Part shown: one piece after another, positions 25,918-37,958 of the stretch
Layout of the letters: the number at the start of each line of letters is the position of its first letter
How positions within the stretch are numbered: position 1 is the first letter of the stretch
Source: an uncultured Chlorobiaceae bacterium
GTDB taxonomy: Bacteria > Bacteroidota > Ignavibacteria > UBA10030 > SZUA-254
Reading direction: 5' to 3'
DNA: 64,000 nt
NCBI GenBank assembly: GCA_964512655.1
Contig: CAZEJT010000001.1
Location: forward strand, 13,863-77,862
The notes under the pieces: model-generated
The model's input: the letters and a program-made list of their open reading frames with translations, nothing else
Database searches by the model: none
Told to the model about the DNA's origin: nothing
Program-made: the position numbers and the translations under genes

Positions 25918-28426
25918 CCACCACAATTGTCATGTCGTCGTTCTGCTCGGCGTCGCCGCGGAAACGCGCCGCCTCCGCGATCAGCGCGTCCTGAAGCTCT
26001 CTCGCGCTCCTTCCGCCGTTCGAGCCGATGACGTTGCAGAGCGCGTCTTCTCCCAATTCAGCCCGATCGGTGTTCATCGCTTCCGAAAGACCGTCGGAGT
26101 AGAAGACGAAGAGCGACCCGCGCTTGAGCGGAATCTCGACTTCCTGCAGAGTTTCCTCAAAAATTACCCCGCGCTCCAGCCCTAATCCGATACCGCCTGC
26201 GCTCAGCTCCGAGATCCCGTCTCCCAGCCCCAGGATGGCTTTGTTGTGCCCCGCCCGGCAGACCCGCACACACCCCCGCTCCACATCAAAGAGGCCGAGA
26301 ATCATCGTGATAAATGAGTTCCGCTCGATCCCGCCGTAGAGGAGGCGGTTCACGTGGATGAGCATCTCTCTGGGCGAGCGATACATTCCCGCGGCGAGCT
26401 GTATCATCCCCTGGACCTTCGACATGTAAAGCGCCGCCGACATGCCCTTTCCCGAGACGTCCGCCACGACCGCGAGCAGATGCTTCGGATCAAGCGTGAT
26501 AAAGTCGAAATAATCGCCGCCGACGAACGAGGCCGGAATGGTTATCCCGGTGACGTCGAGGCCCGCAACCCGCGGAGTCGCCTTCGGGAGGAGGCCCTGC
26601 TGGATCCGCCGGGCCATCCCGAGCTCCTCCTCGATCTTTTCCTTCTCGATTTCGGAGCGGTGGAGACGGGAGTTTTCGATCGCAATCGCCGCCTGGCTTG
26701 CGACCGTCGTCAGGAGGTCTATGTCGTCCTGCGAGTACACCTTGCCCGAGAGTTTTGGCCCGACCGCGATCAGACCGATGAGCCGGTCCTGGATAAGCAT
26801 CGGCAGGGCCAGCACGATCCCCGACCTCAGGATCTTCTGCTGGTCGGCCTCGTTGATCACAATTCCTCCCGACTCTTCGCCGAGAAAGTAGAGGGTTTGC
26901 GCGGTCCTGTTCAGCCGGAGATGCTCGAGGAGTCCGTCGCGCGTGTTCGAGAAGTCGCAGCACTCCCGGTCGATATTCCGCGACATGCTCATCAGCCCGT
27001 GATGCTCGCCGCACACAATCACCGCGATCTTGTCGACGTGCATCGTCCCGGAAATTCGCGCGACGATCACATCCATGATCTGTTCGAGGTTGATGTAGCG
27101 CGGGAGTTCCTGGCTGAACTCCAGGAGGGCCCGCTGGTAGTCTCTACGATCCCGGTAGAACGTGCGGTCGATGGAGTCCTGCACCCTTCTCTTGATCGGA
27201 TCGAAGACGAACGCTATGACAATCAGGGCGGCCGCGCTCAGGATCTTGCTGTCCGAGTTCCCCATCACCAGCGCGATCAGGCTTCCTATGCCGAAGACAA
27301 CCGCAAAATAGATCGCGGCCAACGACGCGGTGACAACGCCGTAGATGAGACTCCTCTCCACGACCAGGTCGATGTCCATCAGACGGTAGCGGAAAATGGC
27401 ATATCCGAACATCACCGGCGTGAGAACGATCAGGAGGATCGGCAGCATGAACGTGGGTCGGAGGAAGAACGCGAACGGATTGACGGCAGTGAGGATCGCG
27501 ATATACGAGAATACGAGGACGCCGGCGATTACCCCGATGACCACCGGCCTGAGACGGGGCCGGAGCTCCCGCGGAACGCGCGCGGCATACTGGGCGACGA
27601 AGAAACAGAGGCCCGTCACGAAGAAGGTGATGGGCGCCGATGCGAGATACAGCGTAGCCTGTTGACCTAAGGCCAGAACCCGGCTGAACAGAAAGAACAG
27701 AAGGGGCACTAACCCAACGATGTAGAGGGCCGGCCTGATCCATCGCCGGTCGAGGAGCGGGTGGCGTACCGGAAAGTGGAGGAAGAAGCCGATCATCACC
27801 GGAGCGATGAAAATCCGGGGGAGGAGAAACGTGAGGGCGAACAACGAGTTCTTCCACGCCGGATCGGCGGCGTCGAGGTTGAGCGTGAACATGCCGAAGA
27901 CAAGCATGCAGACGATTCCGTAGCGCGCGAACATCCTCTGGATGTTCCCGTCGGGCTTGGTCAGGACGACGACCGTTCCCACCACGAGAAACCCCAGTCC
28001 CAGCAAATAGAGCGAAAAACTGAAGACCTCGAAGAGCTTAACGATACTGATCGTGGCGTGGAATTGGCTGGTTCCCCGGGCAACAAGATACGTTGCGGTG
28101 GCGCCCGCGGGGAGAGCGTTGAGGATTGAGCCGGCGGTACGGAGGTCGATCTGGCGTCCGTTGATTTCAAGGAGCGTATCCCCGTTCCGTATGCCCGCCA
28201 GATCCGTTACTCCCCCGGGGATAACGTCGCTGATCACCAGTCCGCGCTTCCCCCGCTCCGGCGCTCTCCACACGCACTGATCGTTGCTGATCCCCTTGAA
28301 AAGCAGAAGGTCGAGGATGTGATACGTGGTGACGAGAAAGGCCAGGAACGCAGCGACGAGGTAGACGATTCTGATGGTGCGCCTGGACCAATTCTCAGAA
28401 GAAAATCTCATAGGCGAATGTACCAC
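25895..28426 (-). CDS. Membrane-bound PDZ-GAF-PP2C (SpoIIE/RsbU-type) serine phosphatase
   Basis: 843 aa. An N-terminal TM helix is followed by a PDZ-like segment (LVISDVIPGGVTDLAGIRNGDTLLEINGRQI), about 10 TM helices and a GAF-like region. The C-terminal PP2C domain has motifs GGDYFDFI, VADVSGKGMSAALYMS, FYSDGLSEA and NDDMTIVVVK. Confidence 0.85.
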   Translation of the reverse strand: MVHSPMRFSSENWSRRTIRIVYLVAAFLAFLVTTYHILDLLLFKGISNDQCVWRAPERGKRGLVISDVIPGGVTDLAGIRNGDTLLEINGRQIDLRTAGSILNALPAGATATYLVARGTSQFHATISIVKLFEVFSFSLYLLGLGFLVVGTVVVLTKPDGNIQRMFARYGIVCMLVFGMFTLNLDAADPAWKNSLFALTFLLPRIFIAPVMIGFFLHFPVRHPLLDRRWIRPALYIVGLVPLLFFLFSRVLALGQQATLYLASAPITFFVTGLCFFVAQYAARVPRELRPRLRPVVIGVIAGVLVFSYIAILTAVNPFAFFLRPTFMLPILLIVLTPVMFGYAIFRYRLMDIDLVVERSLIYGVVTASLAAIYFAVVFGIGSLIALVMGNSDSKILSAAALIVIAFVFDPIKRRVQDSIDRTFYRDRRDYQRALLEFSQELPRYINLEQIMDVIVARISGTMHVDKIAVIVCGEHHGLMSMSRNIDRECCDFSNTRDGLLEHLRLNRTAQTLYFLGEESGGIVINEADQQKILRSGIVLALPMLIQDRLIGLIAVGPKLSGKVYSQDDIDLLTTVASQAAIAIENSRLHRSEIEKEKIEEELGMARRIQQGLLPKATPRVAGLDVTGITIPASFVGGDYFDFITLDPKHLLAVVADVSGKGMSAALYMSKVQGMIQLAAGMYRSPREMLIHVNRLLYGGIERNSFITMILGLFDVERGCVRVCRAGHNKAILGLGDGISELSAGGIGLGLERGVIFEETLQEVEIPLKRGSLFVFYSDGLSEAMNTDRAELGEDALCNVIGSNGGRSARELQDALIAEAARFRGDAEQNDDMTIVVVKADGLR

Positions 28427-28461
28427 TCGAGGGAGCGAAATGCAATGAAACGGAGATAGCG

Positions 28462-28550
28462 ACGCCGGCTAAAGCCGGCGCCTACAACCGGCACGTACAA
28501 CCGGCGCGTACGATCGGCGCGTACGATCGGCGCCTGCAACCGGGGTGTAC
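28462..28550 (-). repeat. REP-like element followed by five 13-nt tail repeats
   Basis: ACGCCGGCTAAAGCCGGCGCCTAC is followed by AACCGGCACGTAC, AACCGGCGCGTAC, GATCGGCGCGTAC, GATCGGCGCCTGC and AACCGGGGTGTAC. It lies in a divergent spacer between the phosphatase and the REC/sigma-54 operon. Confidence 0.8.
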
Positions 28551-28700
28551 GCGCGTTGGATTGTGTTGAGGCGGCGCATTGAGAGGGGCGCGCATTCCCC
28601 GATTCCTGGTTGCTTTTTTTGTGCGATTTGATTACCTTCATGCCAGATAATTCAGAAACCGGGGCTTAAACAGGGATGAATCTCCCCAAAGGGACTGCGT

Positions 28701-29069
28701 ATGGCCGATAAGAGTCGCATACTTGTTGTCGATGACGAGGAACCCCTTCGGTCCGTCCTCAGCAACGAACTGAGCGGAGCGGGCTACGAAGTCGCGACGG
28801 CCTCCGACGGCGACGAGGCCATCTCGACGGTCCAGAACAGGAAGTTTGACCTCGTCCTCCTCGACATCAAGATGCCGCGGGTGGACGGCTTCGCGGTCCT
28901 GAAATTCATCAAGAAGGGATACCCGGCGCTCAAGGTTATCATGCTGACCGGTTTTGCCGACCTCAAAAACGCGATCGAATCCAAAAAGCACGGGGCTGAG
29001 GATTTCGTGAGCAAACCCTACGATCTCGTCGACCTCCTGACAACCATCGAGCGCGTGCTGAGCGAGTAG
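28701..29069 (+). CDS. Single-domain response regulator (CheY-like receiver)
   Basis: 122 aa with ILVVDDEEPLR, phospho-acceptor context DLVLLDIKMPRVDG, and KVIMLTGF...SKP. Confidence 0.85.
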   Translation: MADKSRILVVDDEEPLRSVLSNELSGAGYEVATASDGDEAISTVQNRKFDLVLLDIKMPRVDGFAVLKFIKKGYPALKVIMLTGFADLKNAIESKKHGAEDFVSKPYDLVDLLTTIERVLSE

Positions 29070-29084
29070 ATTCCTCCGCTCCCG

Positions 29085-30425
29085 ATGCCGCAGCGTTACC
29101 AGATCCTCATCGTTGACGACGAAGCGTCGATCACGACGCTCCTGAAGGAAGAGCTCGAAGTACACCAGTCCTATGAAGTCGACCTGGCGTTCGACGGCGC
29201 CGAAGGCATCAACCTCATCCAGAAGAAGATCTACGACGTCGTCCTGCTCGACATGAAGATGCCCCGGGTCGACGGCCGGGAGGTCCTCCAGTTCATCCAG
29301 TCGCACTCCCCCTCCTCCCAGGTCATCATCCTCTCCCAGTTCGCCGATCTCAAGATGGCCGTCGAAAGCACCAAGCTCGGGGCGTACGAAGTGCTTGGCA
29401 AGCCGTACGATATCGAGCAGATCGAGCAGACGATCCAGCGCGCCATCGACCGCAAGAAGCTTACCATCGACAACAAGCTCCTGCAGACGGAGCTGGACCG
29501 GAAGGCGGGCCCGTCGGAGCTGGTCGGCGAGAGCAAAGCGCTCAGGGATGTCGTCGAGAGCGCGCAGCGGGTGGCTGCGAGCGACTCGATCGTCCTGATC
29601 CACGGCGCGAGCGGAACCGGGAAGGAGCTGATCGCGCACCTCATCCATTCGTCCAGCCCCCGGAAGGACCGCCCCTTCGTACCGGTCAACTGCTCGTCGA
29701 TTCCCGACTCCCTACTCGAAAGCGAGCTCTTCGGGCACGAGAAGGGCGCGTTCACCAACGCTTATGCTGCCAAGCCGGGGCTTGTCGAGGTCGCCAACGG
29801 CGGCACGCTCTTCCTCGACGAGGTGGGAGACATTAGCCCGGTCATCCAGCCGAAGCTCCTGAGGTTCCTTGAGACGGGCGATTTCCGCAGGGTGGGAGGG
29901 ACGGTGGAATTGAAGGCGGATGTGCGCGTCATCTCCGCGACCAACAAGAGCCTTCAGGAGGAAGCCCGCGCAGGGCGCTTCCGGGAGGACCTCTTCTACC
30001 GGTTAAACGTGGTGACCATCCGGGTCCCTCACCTCAAGGATCACCGCGAGGACATTCCCTCGCTTGTCGACTTTTTCCTCCGAAAGAAATCGAAATCAAA
30101 AGATCCGAAAAAGGTGAGCAGCCGGGCGATGGAGACCCTGATGCTCTACGACTGGCCGGGAAACGTCCGAGAGCTGGAGCACGTCATCGAGGGCGCGATC
30201 ATCCTCTCTCCCGGGCAGGTGATCGAGGTGGCCGACCTTCACCTGAACGACAGGCACTCCGATCCGGTGCCCGAGACGCTGGCGATCGAGGATGTCGAGA
30301 AGCAGCACATCGAGAAGGTGCTGAAGATGTTCAAGGGAAACCGCAAGAAGAGCGCCGAAGCCCTCAGCATAAGCGAGAAAGGCCTCTACCTCAAGATCAA
30401 GGAGTACGGGATCATTATCGAGTAG
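29085..30425 (+). CDS. Sigma-54-dependent response regulator (NtrC-family enhancer-binding protein)
   Basis: 446 aa. It has a REC domain (VVLLDMKMPRVDG) and an AAA+ domain with Walker A GASGTGKE, the sigma-54 contact loop ESELFGHEKGAFTNA and RFREDLFYRLNV. A C-terminal Fis-type HTH is present. Confidence 0.9.
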   Translation: MPQRYQILIVDDEASITTLLKEELEVHQSYEVDLAFDGAEGINLIQKKIYDVVLLDMKMPRVDGREVLQFIQSHSPSSQVIILSQFADLKMAVESTKLGAYEVLGKPYDIEQIEQTIQRAIDRKKLTIDNKLLQTELDRKAGPSELVGESKALRDVVESAQRVAASDSIVLIHGASGTGKELIAHLIHSSSPRKDRPFVPVNCSSIPDSLLESELFGHEKGAFTNAYAAKPGLVEVANGGTLFLDEVGDISPVIQPKLLRFLETGDFRRVGGTVELKADVRVISATNKSLQEEARAGRFREDLFYRLNVVTIRVPHLKDHREDIPSLVDFFLRKKSKSKDPKKVSSRAMETLMLYDWPGNVRELEHVIEGAIILSPGQVIEVADLHLNDRHSDPVPETLAIEDVEKQHIEKVLKMFKGNRKKSAEALSISEKGLYLKIKEYGIIIE

Positions 30426-30433
30426 CCGAGCGA

Positions 30434-30457
30434 ACGCCGGCTACGGCCGGCGCCTAC
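30434..30457 (-). repeat. REP-like palindromic element
   Basis: ACGCCGGCTACGGCCGGCGCCTAC, 9 nt after the stop of the sigma-54 regulator gene. Confidence 0.7.
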
Positions 30458-30579
30458 CGTCGATGTTTGACTTTCCGGCGAACTTTTCGTAATTTTCCGC
30501 CGGATTGAAGCACATGGCGCCCTGAGTTCGGATCTGCGGACGGGGCGTTTCTTGTATATTTTCAGATGATCAGCCTTCC

Positions 30580-31749
30580 ATGCCTGTCACCCAGGGCGTA
30601 GATTATTATGATATCACGAGACTCCTCGCCGAGGAGGAGGTCCTTGTCCGTGACACCGTGCGCGAGTTTGTCGAGTCCGAAGTACTCCCCATTATCGAGA
30701 AACACAACCGCGCAGGGACATTTCCGCTGCCCCTCGTGGAAAAGATGGCCGAGCTGGGCATGTTCGGATCCACGCTCCCCGCAAAGTACGGCTGCGCAGA
30801 GATGAATAACGTCGCATACGGCCTCGTCATGCAGGAATTGGAGCGGGGCGACAGTGGCGTGCGGAGCTTTGCCTCCGTTCAGAGCGCACTCGTCATGTAT
30901 CCCATATACACCTTCGGATCGGAGGCGCAGAAGGATCACTGGCTTCCCAGGCTGGCCTCCGGGAAGAAAATCGGATGTTTCGGCCTGACGGAGCCCGACT
31001 ACGGTTCCAATCCCGGCGGGATGATCACGAGAGCGGAGGAACGAGGCGACTGCTATGTGCTGAACGGAGCCAAGATGTGGATCACGAACGGCACGATCGC
31101 GGATGTGGCTGTGGTCTGGGCGAAGCTCAACGGGGTCGTCCACGGATTCCTCGTAGAGAAGGGAACGAAGGGGTTTAACGCACCCGAGATGACGGGAAAG
31201 CACTCCCTCCGAGCTTCAGTGACATCCGAACTGATTTTCCAGGACTGCATGATTCCGAAAGACAATATGCTGCCGAAGACGGAGGGCCTAAAGGCGCCTC
31301 TCATGTGCCTGAACCAGGCCCGCTACGGCATCGCATGGGGCGCCACGGGGGCTGCCATGGCGTGTTACGAGACGGCGCTTGCCTACGCGAAATCCCGCAT
31401 ACAGTTCGGCAAGCCGATCGCGTCCTTCCAGATGATACAGGAAAAGCTCGTCTATATGGTCACAGAGATCACGAAAGCCCAGCTGCTCACTCTCCAGCTG
31501 GGCCGGCTGAAGGACCAGGGCACGCTTCGATTCCAGCAGGTCTCGATGGCGAAGAGGAACAACGTGCATCACGCACTCGAGATTGCGCGGACGGCGAGGG
31601 AGGTCCTCGGCGCAAACGGGATTCTGGACGAGTATCCCGTGATGCGCCACATGGCAAACCTGGAATCGGTGAAGACCTATGAGGGGACGCACGAAATGCA
31701 CACTCTCATCGTCGGAGAGGACATCACGGGACTGCCGGCCTATACATGA
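30580..31749 (+). CDS. Acyl-CoA dehydrogenase, glutaryl-CoA dehydrogenase-like
   Basis: 389 aa. The N-terminus DYYDITRLLAEEE..., CFGLTEPDYGSNPGGM and the C-terminal YEGTHEMHTLIVGEDITG are typical of the GCDH subgroup of ACADs. Confidence 0.85.
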   Translation: MPVTQGVDYYDITRLLAEEEVLVRDTVREFVESEVLPIIEKHNRAGTFPLPLVEKMAELGMFGSTLPAKYGCAEMNNVAYGLVMQELERGDSGVRSFASVQSALVMYPIYTFGSEAQKDHWLPRLASGKKIGCFGLTEPDYGSNPGGMITRAEERGDCYVLNGAKMWITNGTIADVAVVWAKLNGVVHGFLVEKGTKGFNAPEMTGKHSLRASVTSELIFQDCMIPKDNMLPKTEGLKAPLMCLNQARYGIAWGATGAAMACYETALAYAKSRIQFGKPIASFQMIQEKLVYMVTEITKAQLLTLQLGRLKDQGTLRFQQVSMAKRNNVHHALEIARTAREVLGANGILDEYPVMRHMANLESVKTYEGTHEMHTLIVGEDITGLPAYT

Positions 31750-34418
<2,669 letters not shown>

Positions 34419-34420
34419 CC

Positions 34421-35722
34421 ATGGGGACCGGAAGCACGGGCAGCCGACAGACACCCTCACTTCGGAAGGTGCTTGTCGTCGCTTACTACTTTCCTCCGAT
34501 GGGCCTGAGCGGCGTGCAACGCACGCTGAAGTTCGTCAAATACCTCCCCGATTTCGGGTGGGAACCGACGGTGCTCACGGTGACTCCCACCGGGTATTTT
34601 GCCCGGGATTACGGGCTCCTCGAGGAGATCAGCGGGCGTCAGGTTGAGATCGAACGCGTGGGATCGCTCGACCCGAACCGACTCTTCCAGAAGAAGGGAG
34701 TGGTCAGGATGCCCTCCGAACGGACCCGCAAGGTGCTCACGTTTGCCAGCGACCTCTTCTTCGTTCCGGATAACAAGGTGCTGTGGAAACAAAAGGCGGT
34801 GCGCGCTGCGGAGCGGCTGCACGAACGCAAGAACTTCGACGTCATTTTCGCCACTGGACCCCCCTTCACCGATTTTCTGATCGGCCTCGAGCTGCACCGC
34901 CGCTGGGGAAGGCCCCTCGTGCTGGATTACCGCGATCCGTGGCTTGAGTTTCCGTTCAAGTACTATCCGACGCCTCTGCACAAATCGCTGACCGCCCGGC
35001 ACGAGAAGCGCGCGCTCCACGCCGCGTCCAGGATCATCACCACCAACCGCCGGGTAAAAGAACTGATTCTGAACCGCCATTCGTTTCTGAGCTACGACGA
35101 CGTGGTCATTCTCCCGCAGGGGTTTGACCCCGAGGATTTCCGGAATGGCACCAATGCGCCGCAGGCACCGGGCGTCATGCGCGTCACGCACGCAGGCGTC
35201 TTTTACGGGGACCGGACCCCGAAGTATTTTCTCACGGCCCTCAAGAAAGTCCTCACGGAAAACCCCCGCCTCAAGGGGCGCATCGAAGCGCGCTTCGTCG
35301 GGGTCATGCACCGCGACCATTTCCGGATGATCACAGAGCTGGGCCTTTCCGACGCCGTTTCCACCACGGGCTACCTCGATCATGCCCGCTGCGCGCAGGA
35401 GCTTCTCGCCTCCGACGTTCTCTGGATGATGCTCACCAACGACCGCCAGTCGCCCGGCAAGCTCTATGAATATCTGGGGGCCGGGAAACCGGTCCTCGCC
35501 TGCGTCCCCGACGGTTTCATCCGCCAGACGGTCGAAGAAGCGAAGGCGGGGATATCGGTCGATCCGGAAGACGTCGACGGAATCGCCAGGGCTATCTCGC
35601 GCTTTTATAATGACTACAGCGGCAAAGGGCTCCCGAAACCGGATCCGGAGGTCGTTGCCCGGTTCGACCGGGTGGGGCTCACCCGCGAGCTGTCGATCAT
35701 CTTCGGATTTTTGGCAGAATGA
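34421..35722 (+). CDS. GT-B fold glycosyltransferase (group 1 / GT4-like)
   Basis: 433 aa. The N-terminus is KVLVVAYYFPPMGLSGVQRTLKFVKYL. The C-terminal half (KLYEYLGAGKPVLA) resembles the nucleotide-sugar binding region of GT4 enzymes. Confidence 0.65.
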   Translation: MGTGSTGSRQTPSLRKVLVVAYYFPPMGLSGVQRTLKFVKYLPDFGWEPTVLTVTPTGYFARDYGLLEEISGRQVEIERVGSLDPNRLFQKKGVVRMPSERTRKVLTFASDLFFVPDNKVLWKQKAVRAAERLHERKNFDVIFATGPPFTDFLIGLELHRRWGRPLVLDYRDPWLEFPFKYYPTPLHKSLTARHEKRALHAASRIITTNRRVKELILNRHSFLSYDDVVILPQGFDPEDFRNGTNAPQAPGVMRVTHAGVFYGDRTPKYFLTALKKVLTENPRLKGRIEARFVGVMHRDHFRMITELGLSDAVSTTGYLDHARCAQELLASDVLWMMLTNDRQSPGKLYEYLGAGKPVLACVPDGFIRQTVEEAKAGISVDPEDVDGIARAISRFYNDYSGKGLPKPDPEVVARFDRVGLTRELSIIFGFLAE

Positions 35723-37032
35723 AGGTTCTCCTGATCGGATCGGGGGGCCGCGAGCACGCCCTCGCATGGAAGATCAGGCAGAGCCCCCTGGTCACGAAAA
35801 TCTACTGCGCCCCGGGAAACCCGGGCATAGGCGAGATCGCCGATCTCGTTCCGATCAAGTCCGCCGAGATCGACGCCCTCCTGAGGTTTGCCGTCGATCA
35901 GGGGATCGATCTCACGGTCGTCGGGCCCGAGCAGCCGCTTGTCGACGGGATCGCGGACGCCTTCGAGGAGAAGGGTCTCGCCGTCTTCGGCCCCTCGAAG
36001 GCCGCCGCCCTGATTGAAGGGAGTAAGGTCTTTGCCAAGGAATTCATGAAGAACCATGGAATCCCCACGGCGGAGTTCCGCTCCTTCGATGCCTCCCGGC
36101 GCTTCGACGCGGAGCGCTATATCGACGAGATGCCTGTCCCTCTGGTCATCAAGGCGGACGGACTGGCGGGAGGAAAAGGGGTCACCGTGTGCGAAACGAA
36201 GGAGGGGGCCCTCGAAGCGATCGCAGGAATGATGGACATGAAGGTCTTCGGTGAGGCGGGAACGACGGTGGTCATCGAGGAGTTTCTCGTGGGGGAAGAG
36301 GCGTCGGTCCTCGCCATCACAGACGGCACGGATTTCCTGATCCTTCCGCCGGCCCAGGACCACAAACGGATCCTCGACGGAGAACAGGGTAAGAACACGG
36401 GCGGGATGGGGGCCTTCGCCCCCGCGCCGGCGGTGGATGTGGAGATGCTCGAAACGATCAAGCGCTCCATCATCAGGCCTGCGCTCCTCGGAATGAAGAA
36501 GGAGGGGCGTCCTTTCAGAGGATGCCTCTACGCGGGCCTGATGATCACGGAGACCGGTCCGAAGGTGGTCGAGTTCAATTGCCGCTTCGGCGATCCCGAG
36601 ACACAGGTCATTCTTCCGCTCCTCGACAGCGATATCGTAGAGCTCCTGATGGGCGCCGCCGGCGGGACACTCTCTGGCAGAGAGATCAGGCTGAAGGAAT
36701 CCGTCGCGGTATGCGTTATCATCGGCTCCGGCGGGTACCCCGACCGGTACGGTACCGGGATGCCGATCCTCGGACTCGACCGGGCGGCAGAGGAGGCCGA
36801 TGTGGTGATCTTCCACTCCGGCACCGCGAACGACAAGGGCGAAGTCGTCACCGCAGGGGGGAGAGTCGTGGGGGTTACGGCGTTCGGGGCGGACCAGACG
36901 GGGGAAGGCACGGTCGACCGTGCGTACAGGGCGGTGCGAAAGATAACGTTCGACGGGGCGTACTACCGGAGCGACATCGGCCGGAAGGCCGTCGCGCGTC
37001 TGAAAGGAATCTCGAGGGCGGAAGTGGAATGA
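35719..37032 (+). CDS. purD: Phosphoribosylamine--glycine ligase
   Basis: 437 aa with MKVLLIGSGGREHALAWKI, ATP-grasp core and EFNCRFGDPETQ. The ATG overlaps the upstream stop (ATGA). Confidence 0.95.
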   Translation: MKVLLIGSGGREHALAWKIRQSPLVTKIYCAPGNPGIGEIADLVPIKSAEIDALLRFAVDQGIDLTVVGPEQPLVDGIADAFEEKGLAVFGPSKAAALIEGSKVFAKEFMKNHGIPTAEFRSFDASRRFDAERYIDEMPVPLVIKADGLAGGKGVTVCETKEGALEAIAGMMDMKVFGEAGTTVVIEEFLVGEEASVLAITDGTDFLILPPAQDHKRILDGEQGKNTGGMGAFAPAPAVDVEMLETIKRSIIRPALLGMKKEGRPFRGCLYAGLMITETGPKVVEFNCRFGDPETQVILPLLDSDIVELLMGAAGGTLSGREIRLKESVAVCVIIGSGGYPDRYGTGMPILGLDRAAEEADVVIFHSGTANDKGEVVTAGGRVVGVTAFGADQTGEGTVDRAYRAVRKITFDGAYYRSDIGRKAVARLKGISRAEVE

Positions 37033-37955
37033 ATATCCTCGTCACAGGAGGAGCGGGCTTCATCGGCTCGCACGTCGCCGACGCGTGCGTCGGCTTCGGG
37101 CACAGGGTGACCGTCGTGGACGACCTCTCGACCGGTGCCAGGCGGAACGTCAACGGCGCGGCAGAGTTTGTGAAGATGGATATCCGTGATGTCGCACTCG
37201 GGGATCTCATCCGCAAGGGGGCGTTCGACGCGGTCATGCACCACGCCGCGCAGATGGATGTCCGTAAATCCGTGGAAGATCCCCTCTTCGATGCGGAGGT
37301 AAATATTCTCGGGTCGCTGAACCTCCTCCGGCACTGCGCAGCGCACGGCGTCAAAAGAGTCATCTTCGCGTCCACCGGAGGGGCGATCTACGGGGAGCAG
37401 GATACGTTCCCCGCGGGAGAGGACCACGCGCTGAGGCCCCTCTCGCCCTACGGCGTCTCCAAGCTCTCCGTGGAGAACTATCTCTTCTATTTTTCCGCTG
37501 TGCACGGACTCGAGCACGTATCCCTCCGGTACGCCAACGTCTACGGCCCGAGGCAGAACCCCCACGGAGAGGCGGGGGTGGTAGGCATCTTTACGAGCCG
37601 AATGCTCGCCGGGGAGACCCCGATCATCAACGGCGACGGCAAGCAGACACGGGACTACGTGTTCGTTGACGACGTGGTGGCCGCAAATCTCCTCGCGCTC
37701 AGCCACCGGGGCTCCGGGGTGTTCAACGTGGGGACCGGAATTGAAACATCGGTGAATCAACTCTTCAAGATTATCAGAAGCATGGCGATGCCCGAGTGCC
37801 AGGAGAAACACGGCCCGGCGAAGAAGGGCGAGCAGCTGCGGAGCTCAATCGACTCATCGCGGGCGCGCCAACGCCTCGGGTGGAAGCCGGCGGTGGGCCT
37901 CGAGGAAGGCCTTCGCCGCACCGTTGCGCACTTCAGGGAAAGGAGCGACCCCTAG
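37029..37955 (+). CDS. NAD-dependent epimerase/dehydratase (UDP-glucose 4-epimerase-like SDR)
   Basis: 308 aa from ATG 37029, which overlaps the purD stop as ATGA. It has MNILVTGGAGFIGSH and the catalytic YGVSK. The track ORF from 36522 is an out-of-context extension over purD. Confidence 0.85.
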   Translation: MNILVTGGAGFIGSHVADACVGFGHRVTVVDDLSTGARRNVNGAAEFVKMDIRDVALGDLIRKGAFDAVMHHAAQMDVRKSVEDPLFDAEVNILGSLNLLRHCAAHGVKRVIFASTGGAIYGEQDTFPAGEDHALRPLSPYGVSKLSVENYLFYFSAVHGLEHVSLRYANVYGPRQNPHGEAGVVGIFTSRMLAGETPIINGDGKQTRDYVFVDDVVAANLLALSHRGSGVFNVGTGIETSVNQLFKIIRSMAMPECQEKHGPAKKGEQLRSSIDSSRARQRLGWKPAVGLEEGLRRTVAHFRERSDP

Positions 37956-37958
37956 CCC

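Noticed and set aside
28462-28550. Possible miniature CRISPR array or tandem operator
   Set aside because: The period is only 13 nt with no unique spacers between units. The units are copies of the REP right arm plus tail, and no cas genes or leader are present. It is reported as a REP tail array instead.
28556-28700. Sigma-54 promoter (TGGCAC-N5-TTGC) upstream of the REC/sigma-54 activator operon; also checked upstream of 30580 and 39127
   Set aside because: CTGGTTGCTTTTTTTGTGC and TTGGCGAAATCGTCAT have wrong GG-GC spacing or lack the -12 TTGC. No convincing match was found by eye.
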